Under the pieces are notes generated by a model. That model was not told the DNA's origin, made no database searches, and saw only the letters and a list, made by a program, of their open reading frames with translations. A stretch of 64,000 nucleotides of DNA from Lama guanicoe (Eukaryota): contig MU053881.1 of the NCBI GenBank assembly GCA_013239625.1, forward strand, positions 15,492,373 to 15,556,372. Direction: 5' to 3'. The stretch's first letter is position 1. The number at the start of each line of letters is the position of its first letter. A program made the translations under genes and the position numbers. This document shows positions 49,637-61,920 of this stretch, piece after piece.

Positions 49637-52402
49637 CTGGGGGGAGCCAGGGAGGGCCAAGTCAGTCCACTCTGGTCCCTCTTCCTTCATCATACCCCCT
49701 AGGGCAGCGCCAGGAAGACAGGGCCCTGGGTCCCCCTAGCTGCATGAAGGGCCTTGCAGGAAGTTGCTCATTCTGGGGGCTCAGTGTCCAAGGCGCTGCT
49801 GTAGGGCGGGGTGGATGAATGGTTAGCGCCTGGGGCAGCCCCATGGTCCTCCTGAAGATACCCACACCCTCCTCCCCAGCATCCCTTCCAACCTTCTACT
49901 TTCGCCTGACCCCCAAGCTGCTGGTTATGGGGCAGAGAAGGGTCCAGGTGAGGGTGCGTCCACATGTGTCCACACATGTGCACAAGATCCCCGTCCCAAA
50001 GACAGACACACAGACAGATGCGAACATGGGTGGCCAGGGGCACCAGAAGCGGCAGGAAGTAGAGGTGAGGATTCAGGTCAGATACCAGGAAGAACTTCCC
50101 CAGCCAGCAAGGCTGAGAGGAGGGAGGAGGATTCAACAGGGAGACAGGAGACTGGGGGACCACACCCTGGGACTTGGGAGTATAAGGGAAGTCAATACCT
50201 AGAGGGCAGTACCAGTGGCCCCAACCTCAGGCCTGGAGTTCTTCTGGGGGTCATGAGGGATGGGGCAGCTTGCTTAACCCTGGGGAGAGGCCTGGGGCTC
50301 AACTTGTGTTATTCAAGGGGACAGATCTCCAAGGCCTTGCAAAGGATGTGATTTTTGTCCCGATCACAGCTGGTTCTACCTATGGTCAGCCCAGGCTGGG
50401 GGGCTGAGGGATTACTTCTCTGAGTCTGGGGCTGGCTTGATGTTCTGCTCCAGCCCGGCCCCTTCCTTCCGCAAAGCCCCTCCAACTCAGGGAGGTCAGG
50501 GAGCCTTTTCCAGCTAATCCCCTCCCTCCTAGGCTGCAGGGGCAGGGCAGGGGAGCTGGGAGGGAGGGCTGTTTCAGGCAGACAGCGCTGGGATCAGGGG
50601 CTCAAGATGGGGAAGAGATGGAAACCCAAAACATGAGAAGGAGGGATGGAGGCCTTCCCAGCAGGTTTGGGATTTGGGCATCCCTTCCCTACCGGAAGGT
50701 CAGGTGTCATTCCAGGCTGTCTGCTGGATGAGGGGGACCAGAGACTGAACCCTATCTTTCATTGAGGCACCTGAGCCCCAAGCTGCACCAGCCTCCACCT
50801 CTTAGAGGATCAGGGCCCCCCACCCAGGAGGCAGGAGGAGAGGGGAACCCACCAGCCACGGGCGGGGAGGCTTCAGGCCTGGCTGGAGCTATGGTGGGTG
50901 CTGCAGGACCACCCATAACCAGGGAGTGGGGGACATGCAGGAGGTGGGGTGGGACAGAGCCACAGGGGCAGAGGAGGAAGGCGAGGGGGCGTCAAGCAGT
51001 GTCACAGGGCTCAGAATTTAGGATTGGCTGCCCCACCCCGGCCCTGCCTCATTCCCCACCCTCACCCGGCACCCCTGCAACAACCCGGCCTGGACCTCAG
51101 GGGTGCCTTGACAAAGGGCACCCTCTCCCAGTTCCCAAGCTCCAGTCCTGAGATCTGTGGGAGCTGGCATGGGGGCACATCAGAGGTCCGAGGAGCCCCT
51201 GCATGATCCTCAGACAGTAAGCCCTGGTAACAGATCTCCCTCACCCCCACGAGCCCCACATCAGTCTGAGGCAGCGGCCGTGGAGGGGGAGTCTGAAGGG
51301 GTGAGGACTGGGGTTCTGGGGGTGAGTTCAGCCCAGGGACCTCCCAGGAAGCCCAGTCCCAGCACCACCTACCACAGCCCCTCCAGGGCCTTCCCCAGCT
51401 TGGCACGAGGCAGGAGAGACCTCCCTCCCAGACAAGCAGTCCAGTGGGACTCCTCCCTCTCCTGGAACTGAGATTGGGCCCTCAGGGACGCCCTTCTGCT
51501 CCCGAAGCCTCAGTTTCCTCATCTATAAGTTGGGTTGATGGCCCTCCACCTTCCAGGGCTATTCAGAACAAGCCCTGTACGGGGGTCTTAAAAGCTGGGC
51601 CGGTTTTCATTCACCCCAGACCCACTTAACTCTCAGGAGGAGCTGTTCAAGCCTCCTGGGGCCAGCTGCCCCAACAAGGCACCAGAGCTAAGTTCTTTTC
51701 CTCCTCCTCCCCACTTTGGAGACAAGGACCCCAGGGATGCCATGGGGATTTGGCCTGAGAGTGGCCTGCCTCCCTGCTGGCCCGGGCTCAACCCAAGACC
51801 CACCTGCCTGGCTGCACAGGGACAGGCTCTCCCCACAGCCCAGTGGGCTCACGGCTGGTCCCGGCCCCCCGCCTCACTTCCCCGCTCCCTCCCCTGGTGG
51901 CAGCTGATCTTAAATTCCTGGCGGGCAGGACAGCTGGCAGCTCTGTGCACACAGCTCGGCTGAGAGTAGGACTCACATGTTTTCCCTACAGTCCAGTGGG
52001 GCGGGCAGAGGGGGAGAAGGAGAGTAGGTTAAATTGTGGGGGAAACAGGTGGTTGGTGGGGGACATCCCTGTTCCTGCTGCCTCCACCACCCTGGGCCAG
52101 AGGTTAGAGGTCCAGCCCATGGAGGGGCCCCCCTGGGGGAAAGGGAGGGGAGATACGGATGGGCTCCTAGAGGGGTGTGGGTCGGGGTAGGGGCTGGGGG
52201 TAACTGGGGACACAGGGCTAGAGTCCTAGGGAGGAGGGAGTTGCACATCAGAGTCACTGAGGCCAGGAACTTGGCAGAGGGGCAGTCACCAGGGTCAGGG
52301 GACGTGAGGACAGAGTGATGGCTGAGGGAATCCCGGGGTCACTAAAGTCATGGGTGGGTATGAGGGTCATGGGGGTCAGGGGTCAGGGGGTCAGGAGCGC
52401 AC

Positions 52403-52821
52403 CTCTCGCAGACCCGCACGGTCCAGGCGGCGATGATCCAGGAGGAGATGCTGAAGACAAGAAGCACGGTGCCCGGGCAGATGGTCATGAGTGTCTTCAT
52501 GACGAAGCGTGTGTTGAAGGTAATCTTGTTGAGGGCACCGATGCTGCGGCTGGAGGCGTCGGTGAAGATCTTGCTGTGCAGCAGCATGACGCGGCCCAGC
52601 AGGTAGAGACGCAGGAACATGGGCACGGACAGCAGCACGTCCACATCGGCCTCAGCCGCCGATGGCGCGTAGGTGAAGGCCAGCCGCGCCGTCCACGTGA
52701 AGCGGTAGTGGCCGGGCACTGGGTGGATGGCACACACGGCCAGTTCCAAGGAGATGAGGAAAACGCGCTCGCAGGTCATTGCGATGCGCCAGTCATCTGC
52801 CCCGTTATCCACCATGAACAG
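52403..52821 (-). CDS. KCNN1: KCNN1 exon (S3-S5)
   Basis: [37 protein letters not shown]...[34 protein letters not shown]...[10 protein letters not shown]. Confidence 0.97.
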
Positions 52822-53019
52822 CTGCAGAGGTCAGGCAGGCGGGTGGCGTGGGTCTCAGACACGTGGTTAGGCCCGGGAGTGAGATCCCCGCCCCAAACCC
52901 CATCCGTTTTTTCAAGACACATGGCCTCAGAGGTAAAACTCCCTAGTTCTCAGCGTCAGCCACAATTCAAACTAAACGTGGCACAGGTGTTTCCCCAAAA
53001 GTCACAGCGTTGCCAATGA

Positions 53020-55000
53020 CATAACCATCCCATTCCTATGATTATAGGCACAAGGGATGAAAACAGTTGTTCAAGCACATCCTTATGCCCACATCATCCC
53101 AGCAGCACTGTTCACAGTCACCCAAAGTGGAAAGAACCCAAATGTCCATCAATGGATAAATGGATGAATAAAATGTGGTCCCTCTATACAGTGGAACATC
53201 ACTCAGCCATAAACAGGAGTTCTGACACATGCTACAGCGGGGATGAACCTTGAAAACATTATGCTAAGTGAAAGAAGACAGTCACAGAGGCCACCAGCCA
53301 GGGTCAAGGGGCCAACGCTGCCACGCCAGAGGGCCTGGAAGGTGGAGGAGCACTGAGCCAAAGGGGGTGATTCTCCCACCCTCAAATCTAATGGACCTTG
53401 CCTGGCCAGGTCTGAGACCTGCTTAGGACCTGTCACCCCTTACTTCTTTCATCTTTCTCCCTTTTGGAACAGGAATGTCTATCCTATGCTTGTCCTACCA
53501 CGTTTTTTGGAAGCACACAACTTGTCTGGTTCACAGCTGGAGGGGAATTTTGTCTCAGGAGGAATCATACCTCGAATCTCACCCATATCTGATTTAGATA
53601 ATATTGATTGCTTGATTGATTTTATTGACATATTTGATTTACAATGTTGTGTTAGCTTCTGGAATACAGCACAGTGATTCAGTTATACATATATATATCT
53701 TTTTGCGTATTCTTTTTCATTATAGGTTTTTACAAGCTATTGGATATAGTTCCCTGTGCTATATAATAGGACCTTGTTGTTTACCTATTTTATATATAGT
53801 AGTGTATATCTGCTAATCTCAAATCCTAATTTATCCCTCCCCACTCCCTTTCCCTTTGGTAACCGTAAGTTTTTTTCCTACGTCTGTGAGTTTCTTTCTA
53901 TTTTGTAAGTTCATTAGTGTCATTTTTTTTAGATTGCAGATGTAAGTAATATCATATGATATTTGTCTTTCTCTGACTTCACCTAGTATGATATCTCTAG
54001 GTCCATCCATGTTGCTGCAAATGACAAATTTTCATCCTTTTTCATGGCTGAGTAATAGCCCATTGTATGCATATGTGTGTTATTTTTCATTTATTTCTTT
54101 TTTGTTTTGTTTTAATTTAAAAATTAAAAAAAAATTGGGGGGGAGGTAATTAGGTTTATTTATTTATTTATTTAAGAGAAGGTACTGGGGATTGAACCCA
54201 GGACCTCATGTATGCTAAGCATGTGCTCTGCCATTTGAGCTATACCCTCCCCTCTACCACAACTTCTTTATCCAGTGATTTAGATGAAATTTAAATGACC
54301 TGGACTTAGAGTTGATGCTGGAATAGGTTAAGACTTTGGGAGCTGTTGGGATGGGACGAATGCATTCTGCATGGGAGAAGGACATGGATTGAGGAAGTGC
54401 GCCGGGGGCAGAGTGTTATGGACTGAACTGTATCCTCTCAAAATTCATCTGTTGAACAGCCCTAGCCCCTAATATGACTGTATGTGGACACAGGGCCTTT
54501 AAAGTGGTAATTAAGGTTACACGAGGTCATAAGAATGGGGACCAGTGTTCTTATAAGAGGAAGAGACACTAGGGATGCGTGTGCACACACCAAAGGCCAT
54601 GTGAGGACTTAGGGAGAACACGGCCATCTGTAAGCCAAGAAGAGAGGCCTCAGGAGAAACCAACCCTGCCAGCCTCTTACCTTGGACTTCAGGAGAATTG
54701 GGAAAGAATACATTTCTGTTGTTTAAGTCACTCAGTTGTGGTATGACACAGTATTTCATTCTTTTTTTGTTTGGCTGAATAATAATAATGGATGGACCAA
54801 GTTTTAGTTATCATCAGTTGATGGATGTTTGGGTTATTTCCACGTTTTGGCGATTGTGAATAATGCTGCTATGAACATACGTGTATAAGTTTTTGCGTGG
54901 ATGTAGGTTTTGGCTTCCCTGGGATGTGAAACTAGGAGTGGATCGCTGGGTCAGATGGTAACTCATGTTTAACTGTTAGAGGAACTGCCAGAATGTTGTC
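53020..55000. mobile_element. Nested transposon cluster: L1(+), MaLR internal region plus LTR, L1 3' end(-), SINE(-), L1(-)
   Basis: L1 53020-53295; MaLR-internal-like 53340-53600 resuming at 54277-54412; L1 tip 53600-54275 containing a SINE (about 54105-54252); LTR 54413-54747; antisense L1 54750-55000. Confidence 0.7.
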
Positions 55001-55664
55001 CCCATCTGTACCTTCAGAACTGCTTCCTTCTAGTTCAGGGGTCACTGTCCTTCTCCCCCTACTCCCAGCCAGATGGAGGACCCCTCCAGTGTGCCAGACC
55101 TTGGGTGTCTCCTTGTAAGCCCACACACAGTGCAACACAGGTAGGATTTTCGTACACCTGTCTTCTGCCAGATTATAGAGATAAAGGCTCAAAGGCCAGA
55201 GTCAGGAGCCAGATCTGACACCTTCTGGTGTTCCCAGGCCCTGGTGCCAATCTGCTGTGGTAACGTCTGTCTGATAAGCCCTGAGCTGGTCTTGATTAAC
55301 CCCTGAAATAGGAGAACAAACTCCCTGGCACGTGATCAATCATTCAAAAAGAAGAAGCCCGGTGTCACAAACACTGGACTCCATGGCTGCAAAAACGACC
55401 CATGTGCACCAGAACTAGCCCCCACCTCCTGCTCCCTCACTGTCTTCTTTACCAAATAATCAAATGAAAATTAAAATAAAGACTTGCGTTACAAGGAAAT
55501 TTAGAGTCATCTAAACAGTGTGTCTCTGTGGAGATCTCTTTTGTTTTTTCCTATAAAGAGGCTACTGGTCCTCTTAGTTTTCAAGGGCTGGGGTCTCAGA
55601 TGGCTGGTGTGAGGGGCTCTGAGGCGTGGGGAGGAGAGCTGCCCCAATCCCACCTGGCACTGAC

Positions 55665-55760
55665 CTGGATCTCCCGGGCATGGTAGAGGACGACCAGGCC
55701 CAGCAGGATGACGGTGGAGAGGCTGATGAGGCATTTGAGTGCAAAGGAGTATAGGGACTC
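55665..55760 (-). CDS. KCNN1: KCNN1 exon 3 (S2)
   Basis: [32 protein letters not shown]; 96 nt, GT-AG. Confidence 0.96.
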
Positions 55761-55899
55761 CTGGGCAGAGAGAACAGAGGGCAGGACAGACGCTGGGGGT
55801 GGGGGGGCAGGCAGCCCTCCAGACCCCCCACCTGGTTGTTTCACGAAGGAAGTGATACTCCTGCCCTTACTCCTTCGGCCCGGGCTGACAGTAAGGTGG

Positions 55900-56082
55900 G
55901 CCCAGCCCTTCAGTTTATAAGGCCTGGCCTCACCTGGGTATAGCACTTCACAGTTTATAAGTCCTGGCCTCTTGAAGGCCCAGCATGCCACAATTTATAA
56001 GGGCTGGCCTCACGTGGGCACAGCACTGCACAGTTTATAAAGTCTGGCCTCCTCTGGCCTTGACACTTCACAGTTTACAGGC
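55900..56082 (+). repeat. 40-bp minisatellite, array A (4 full units plus partials)
   Basis: CAGTTTATAA-like unit starts at 55911, 55951, 55991, 56031 and 56071. Confidence 0.85.
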
Positions 56083-56486
56083 TAATATGGTTCTGATCTC
56101 ACTCTAGGCTTGTAGTCCAGCTCTTTAAAGGGGGAAAGCTCTTTTCCGCTCCTCAGCACAGCCTTTCTCTGGGGCTCCCTCGTCCTGGGCCTGACCTGGG
56201 AGGCAGTCCCCTCCCTGCCTTCAGCCAAGACGCAGCCCCTTGGTGCAGGGCAGAAGGAATGGGCTGGAGCCATCTGCCCCCACCTGCAGCCTCCCTGTCA
56301 TACCCAGGGTGTGGACACAGCAGGAGGCTCAAGGCTCCCCGTCTTCCCACCTTCAGGGACCCCCCAGCATCCCCTACCCACCTCTCAGGGCCAACGTAGC
56401 CCCCAACCCCATGCCCAAGGGGCTGCGGGGAGCCAGGTGGGCCCAGCAGGGCCTCCCCTGGGTGACCAGGGAAGGGCCATGCATAC

Positions 56487-56888
56487 CTTGGTGTAGACCC
56501 CCCAGGACAGCTCTGTCTCCGTCACCATGACAACGATGCCGAACATGCCAAAGATGAGGGCGTAGTCGCTGAGGCGCTTCCGCTTCTCGAAGAGTGCCCG
56601 CCGGTGGCCCAGGCGGTGACCTACACTTGGGGGCTTCCTTGAGGCCCTCTGCCTGCCTGCCTCGTCTTCCTCTTCATCTTCCTCCTCCTCCTGGTCCTGG
56701 GGCTGCCCCCGGGGGCTGCTGGGTGAGGGCTGGGTTGGCTCACTCTTGGCCACCACCACCTGGATGCCTGGGCCATTCGGAGGCTGCGGGGGGTGGCCGG
56801 CCTCAGGGTCCAGAGGGTCTCGGCCCAGGGCACCCAGCCCGCCACCCAGCGGCCGTCCCCCGCAGCCACGGTGGTTGTGGCTGTTCAT
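56487..56888 (-). CDS. KCNN1: KCNN1 (SK1/KCa2.1 small-conductance Ca2+-activated K+ channel) first canonical coding exon
   Basis: [15 protein letters not shown]...acidic run...[45 protein letters not shown]; exon acceptor CTGCAG| at 56969; nine exons sum to 1632 nt = 543 aa + stop. Confidence 0.96.
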
Positions 56889-56890
56889 GA

Positions 56891-56941
56891 CTATGTGGGC
56901 GCCGGGGTTGGGCTTGCTGCCGGCCGCCCGGGGCCCGGCAT
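56891..56941 (-). promoter_or_regulatory. uORF (16 codons) in the KCNN1 leader
   Basis: GCCATG CCG GGC CCC GGG CGG CCG GCA GCA AGC CCA ACC CCG GCG CCC ACA TAG, then TC, then the main ATG. Confidence 0.65.
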
Positions 56942-58637
56942 GGCTCAGCGACTGGGCTCCCTCGCTGACCTGCAGGTACATGGGGAACATAGTCATGTCA
57001 GGGCCTTGCCAACTAACCAGAGGGCTAGGGACACCCCCCACCAAAAACATTCTGAGGCTGGAGAGGCCATGATCCCACTGCAGCTAATATGTGGCTTGGC
57101 CATCCTAGAAATAGTCAAGTTGGCCTATGTTCCCCTCCTCTGCTCAAAACCTTCCCAGGCCTCTCCACTGCCACTGCACAGAAACTCAACTCCTCATTGT
57201 GGCTGGAAGCCTCTGTGATCTGGCTCCCAGCCACCTTATCCTTCTCACTTTCCCCAGAGTTACTCCCTTTCAGCCACACTGGCCTCTTCATTACCAGACT
57301 GCGACAAGCTTGGTCCTGCCTCAGGGCCTTTGCACCTGCTGAGCCCTCTGTCTGGAACACTGTCCTGCCAGACCTGTGCCCACTGACTTTCTGTGTCTCC
57401 AAATACCCAGAACAATGCTGAGCACACAGGTGACACACAGTAAACACTTCTGAATGCCTCAAGATGGAATCTGCTGGCTGATTTGCCTGGGAAGACTAGA
57501 GACCATGTAAGTGAGCAATCAGGAGGTGGTTCTGATCCAGGCTTGTCTCCTTCTAACCTTCAGGCTCTTGGACAAGTTAATTTCACTCTAGTGAGCCTCC
57601 AGTTCCTCCCACAGAGTTGTCCAGAGGCCTGAACACACTTACACAGTCACAGAGTGTAGCGAGGGACATATTAGGGGCCGTGGCTGTGGCTATGAGACCC
57701 TCAGCTCCCTCAGTGATCTCCAAACAGATTCTAGGACCAAAGCAGCAATCCAGGATTGTACTCTAAGATCTCAGAATTGATTCTACAGGGCCTTGGGAGA
57801 CATGCTCAGCCCGGTCCTGTAATATCGGGCCAGATCCAAGTTTTCCCACAGAGGAAACCGGCTACTGAGGAACAGACTGTGATCTGCATCCTCAGATTCT
57901 GCCCCTGCACAGGGCAATGTCCTGTGGCATCACATGCAAAAGCAAGGACCTTGAAGACAGTGACATGCACATGCTGCCTGGAGTTCAATCTCCTGGGTCC
58001 CCAATTGCCAGACCCCCCACTCCACCCCAGCCCACTACCTCTCCTCCCCCTTTGCATGTACCCTCTTCACACAGATTTTCTCTTTAATCCTCACAATACT
58101 CCCAAGCAGGGGGTCCTGGGATTTGGGCAGTTTTGCCAATGGGGAAACTGAGGCACCATGTGGTGAAGGGGCCATCTCCTTACAAGATAGCTTCTGGACC
58201 AGGCTACCTTGTGACATTCTCTCAACAAGCCAGGTGGCGGTGGGCTTTGGGCCAAGCGTTGTCCCCTTTGAAGAGGCCAGGCAGGCAAGTACTGGAGGCC
58301 CAGGAATGGTGGCTGTGTGCACAGACAGGACACCTCCCTGGCCCTGAAGCCATATTCCTGGGGGTGACAGACTCAGAAAATGTCACTTCAGGACAAGTCA
58401 AGATGAGCCATGCTGCCAGGCGGGACATGGGTGACCTTGGCCAGGGCACCACTTACATGCATTGCAGGACCACCTGTGCCCTGGTCTGGCACCCTCCAGA
58501 CAGGATCTGTCCTACTCACTATATGTCCCCAGATGCTGGTGCCAGCACACAGTAGGGACACAAGAAATATGAGTCTTAGAACATGTCCCACTCCCATCCA
58601 TCACACCAACCAAGCCGTGGCTACCTGTGACCTGAAA

Positions 58638-58976
58638 CTTCACAGTTTATAAGAGTTGGCCTTACGCAGGTCCAGAACTTCAGTTTATATGGGCTGGTCT
58701 CCTGTAGGCCCAGCACTTCATAGTTTATATGGGCTGGCCTCCTGCAGGCCTAGTACATCACAGTTTATATGGGCTGGTCTCCTGCAGGCCAAGTACATCA
58801 CAATTTACAAGGGCTGGTCCCCTGTAGGCCCAGCACTTCAGTTTACATGGCTGGTCTCCTGCAGGCTCAGCACTTCAGAGTTTATCTGGGCTGGTCTCCT
58901 GTAAGCCCAGCACTTCACAGTTCATATGAGCTGATCCCCTGCAGGCCCAGTACATCGCAGTTGATAAGGCTGACCT
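58638..58976 (+). repeat. 40-bp minisatellite, array B (about 8.5 units)
   Basis: Consensus CAGTTTATATGGGCTGGTCTCCTGCAGGCCCAGCACTTCA; unit starts 58643, 58681, 58721, 58761, 58801, 58839, 58878, 58918, 58958. Confidence 0.9.
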
Positions 58977-60973
58977 TGGCCCTGATCTCTCTCTTCATCC
59001 TCACAAACACTCAGGTGCCACTCTCCTCCTGGGCTAGAGCCCCTGCCTGCCCCTTTAAAGGGCTGTCAGCGCTAGGCGGGGCTGAGAGCTGACCCCCAGG
59101 ACACACACAGCAGCCCCAGACCCTGCCCTTGCCCAGGAGACAAGGACACCCCAGGCACCTCTCCTGCCTTCCCTCTGGAAAGTGCAGAAGGTCCCCGCCC
59201 AGGGCTTGGGGAGCATGGGCAGGAGAGGCGGTGGCCTGGCAGACAGGACTGGGAGGGGTGGGGGTGCTGCAAACGACCTTCTGAAATGCACGGATGAAGA
59301 TGCAATTTGGGGATGTGACTCAGCCACCCAACACACAGGCCAGATTCGGCCACATGTCCGCCATGCTCCTCCTTGCCTGGCAGCCACATCCTAAGGTGCC
59401 CGGGCAGGGAGGAGGCAGAGGGGACGGACACATAGACAGGCGGCTGCAGGTGGCTTCCGGGAAGGCAGAGATGTGGAGGGCCTTCCTAAAACCCATGATG
59501 TTAATGTGTACCTAGCACTAATTGCAGGCCAAGCCCTTTATCAGAATTGTCACATTTAATCCCTACTGCCACTCAGCGAGGTAGGTGGCATTCTTACTCC
59601 CACTTTACAGATGGGAGACAAGGTTCAGAGAGATTCAGCAAGTTGCCCAAAGTCACGCAGCCAGGAAGGGCAGGGACTAAGTGTAGTCTGGGGGTGGGGA
59701 GGTGGTAATGAGATCTGGCCAGGTCCCTCTTGATGAGCAGCCATTTGGAAAGGGAGCCAGCCTGGCCCTGCCCTTGAGGGATCACAAAGCTCAGGACACA
59801 GGCATGGTGGGTGTCTGACCCCTCCCATGACATCATAGGAAAGGGAAGGACAGAGTGGTCTGCAGGAGAGTGCAGACAGATTCCACAGGAGAATGGGGCA
59901 ACCCATTTCTAAAGGCTGGGTGGGACCAGAGGGCCCTGGGGACAAGAGACCTTCCCCTCCTTACTGCAATTTGGGCCTAAAGCTGGGTTGCAGGGACCCT
60001 CAGAGATTCCTAAAGAACCAGGAGCCCCTATGAAAACCCAGCCAAGGTTTAGATGTCCATGAAAGGGTGTGTTTTTCTAGGTCAGGGCCCTGGGTTCTCC
60101 AAGGAGTTCCCCTAAAAGGTAAGAAACACCCTGCATTTGGTTTTGAGTCCCTGGAATTGTCCAAATTGTCTAACATGTTTGAGACATAAGACTTCTGTTC
60201 CCTGAATGCTGGGGTAGGGGGTGAGCAGAACCCTGCCTTCTGCACCATCCTAAGAGATACTGTCAGAAACTTGTGGGCCAAGCGTGGCAGGGGGTACCCA
60301 GGAGGGCGCTTGAGGAACTGAGGAAGGTGTGCAGGCAGCAGGGAGCAAGGAGGTCCGCTCCTCCAAACTCTCCCTTTCAACAGGAAGAGAAAGAAAATGG
60401 CCAGACCCTAAAGAGTGAACCCTCTTTCAAATGGTGGGTTGATTGTAGTGGCTTTCTAAGAGGCACCTTTGGGCATCCCAGTCAGGATGGTCACTTCCCC
60501 GCCTCAGCTGCCTCTTCAGTAACAGTGTGTCTCAGTGCCCACCCAGCAGAGTCAGTAGCCAGAAGGGAGTGAGATCTCACATGGAAAATGCTTAGCACGC
60601 AGCCCAGCTACTACCTCACACCAAGCTCCGTTCTTTAGAGCTGGACCAGGAGCAGGTGCCCCCTGCCTCCAAGGCAGAGTCCCCTTGGGGTGACATGCTC
60701 ATCCTACCCCTCCCAGGAATCATGGCCAGAGCAGCACATGGCAGAATCTTCCAGGATGTGTGGGTGAGCTGTGGGTTGTGTGTCCCTGTGGAGCGTGGAG
60801 AAAGACCCCAAGACACCCCCCCAGCACTCATGGGGCCCTAGTTCTGCAGGGCAGACAGGATCTATTTGCCCTCCCACTCCATGGGCTGCCAGAGAGTGGG
60901 TGCAATGAGTCGCTGTTTGACTGCTGGATCCCCTAGGCATTCCCTTCATCACCACCGATCAGGAACCTGCCAG

Positions 60974-60992
60974 TAGCCAGCAGGGGGCAATT
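60974..60992 (+). promoter_or_regulatory. CTCF-like motif
   Basis: AGCCAGCAGGGGGCAAT. Confidence 0.55.
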
Positions 60993-61547
60993 AGCCTGCC
61001 CCCCCCTCCCCATGGCTGCCTCCACCAGTGCCCTCCACTGTGATCCATCTTCATCAGCATCTCTGGCTCACCCCCAGCCTCCAGCACTCATATTTGCAGC
61101 TCCACCCTTCAGGACAGTCCGGACAGTGCATTGTGCTGGGTACCCAACCTCTGTCCAGGGAGAGCTGGGGGACCCGGTTTTCCATCCCCTGCCATGCTAC
61201 CCATAATGACTGGATACCAGGGCCAGTGGTGAGGGTCTCCTTCCTTCCGCTCCCAAGTCAGTCCTGGGTCACTGCCTCCACCGGGAGAGCTCCCCTCACT
61301 GTATCTATGGAGTTTGGGGACTCACTGCCCTGCGCCTGCCAAAGTGAACCCGCTACCCACTCCCTCCGAGATGGGGGTCTGTGAACCTTTACTCACTCGG
61401 GCAGTGCATATACACATTTCCCCCATCCCCGTGTACTCTAGGTTGCAGACCCCACGAAAATCCTCCTTTCTGGCTCTTGCCCCAAACCGCATCTCCCTCT
61501 GGGATGTGCCTCCCTCCCTGGGTGCCCCTGCCCATCCCACTCCGTAC

Positions 61548-61920
61548 CTGCGGGACTTGGCTCGGGTGGGCGGACGAGGCTGGAGGAGAGAAGGTCCTGC
61601 GCGGCCGCGGACCCCCGGGTGGGGGCCGGAGCTGGGGTCTCGGGCGGGGAGGCCGGCAGCGGGTGGACACGGGGCCCCGGGGCTTTGGGGCCGGGGGCGG
61701 CGGCAGCGGGCGCATCCCCGGCCGCCCTGTCCACGGGCCCGGCCGGGGGGCGAGCGCCCGCCCTGGCTGGGAGAGGAGGGGGCGGTGCGACGCCGGCGGC
61801 TCGCCTATTGGCCGAGCCCAGGTTGGCACCGCCCCCGGCGACCCCGCAAGCCCCGCCTCCATTTAAAGATCCCTCATTCTCTCGTGCCCCCTTCGCCCCC
61901 CAGCGTGCGGCTGGTTGTCA
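61548..61920 (-). promoter_or_regulatory. KCNN1 CpG-island promoter and putative exon 1
   Basis: Very dense CpG, GC boxes, CCAAT on minus at 61807-61811, and splice donor CAG|GTACGG at the island edge (61548/61547). Confidence 0.7.

Noticed and set aside
52315..53019. 234-aa plus-strand ORF (also 35679-36425 and 44988-45581)
   Set aside because: Antisense shadows of real KCNN1/ARRDC2 coding exons.
55943..58917. Repeated AGCACTT (miR-302/372-type seed match) in the minisatellite as a miRNA sponge
   Set aside because: The matches are on the strand opposite KCNN1 and intronic, with no evidence of a plus-strand transcript.
58638..58976. CRISPR-like array (regular ~40-bp period, partly palindromic unit)
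   Set aside because: Units are contiguous with no unique spacers, there are no cas genes, and the context is a mammalian intron; it is a minisatellite.
61716..61862. Further upstream in-frame ATG at 61862 for an even longer SK1
   Set aside because: It lies upstream of the CCAAT box (61807-61811), so probably outside the transcript; cannot be excluded without TSS data.
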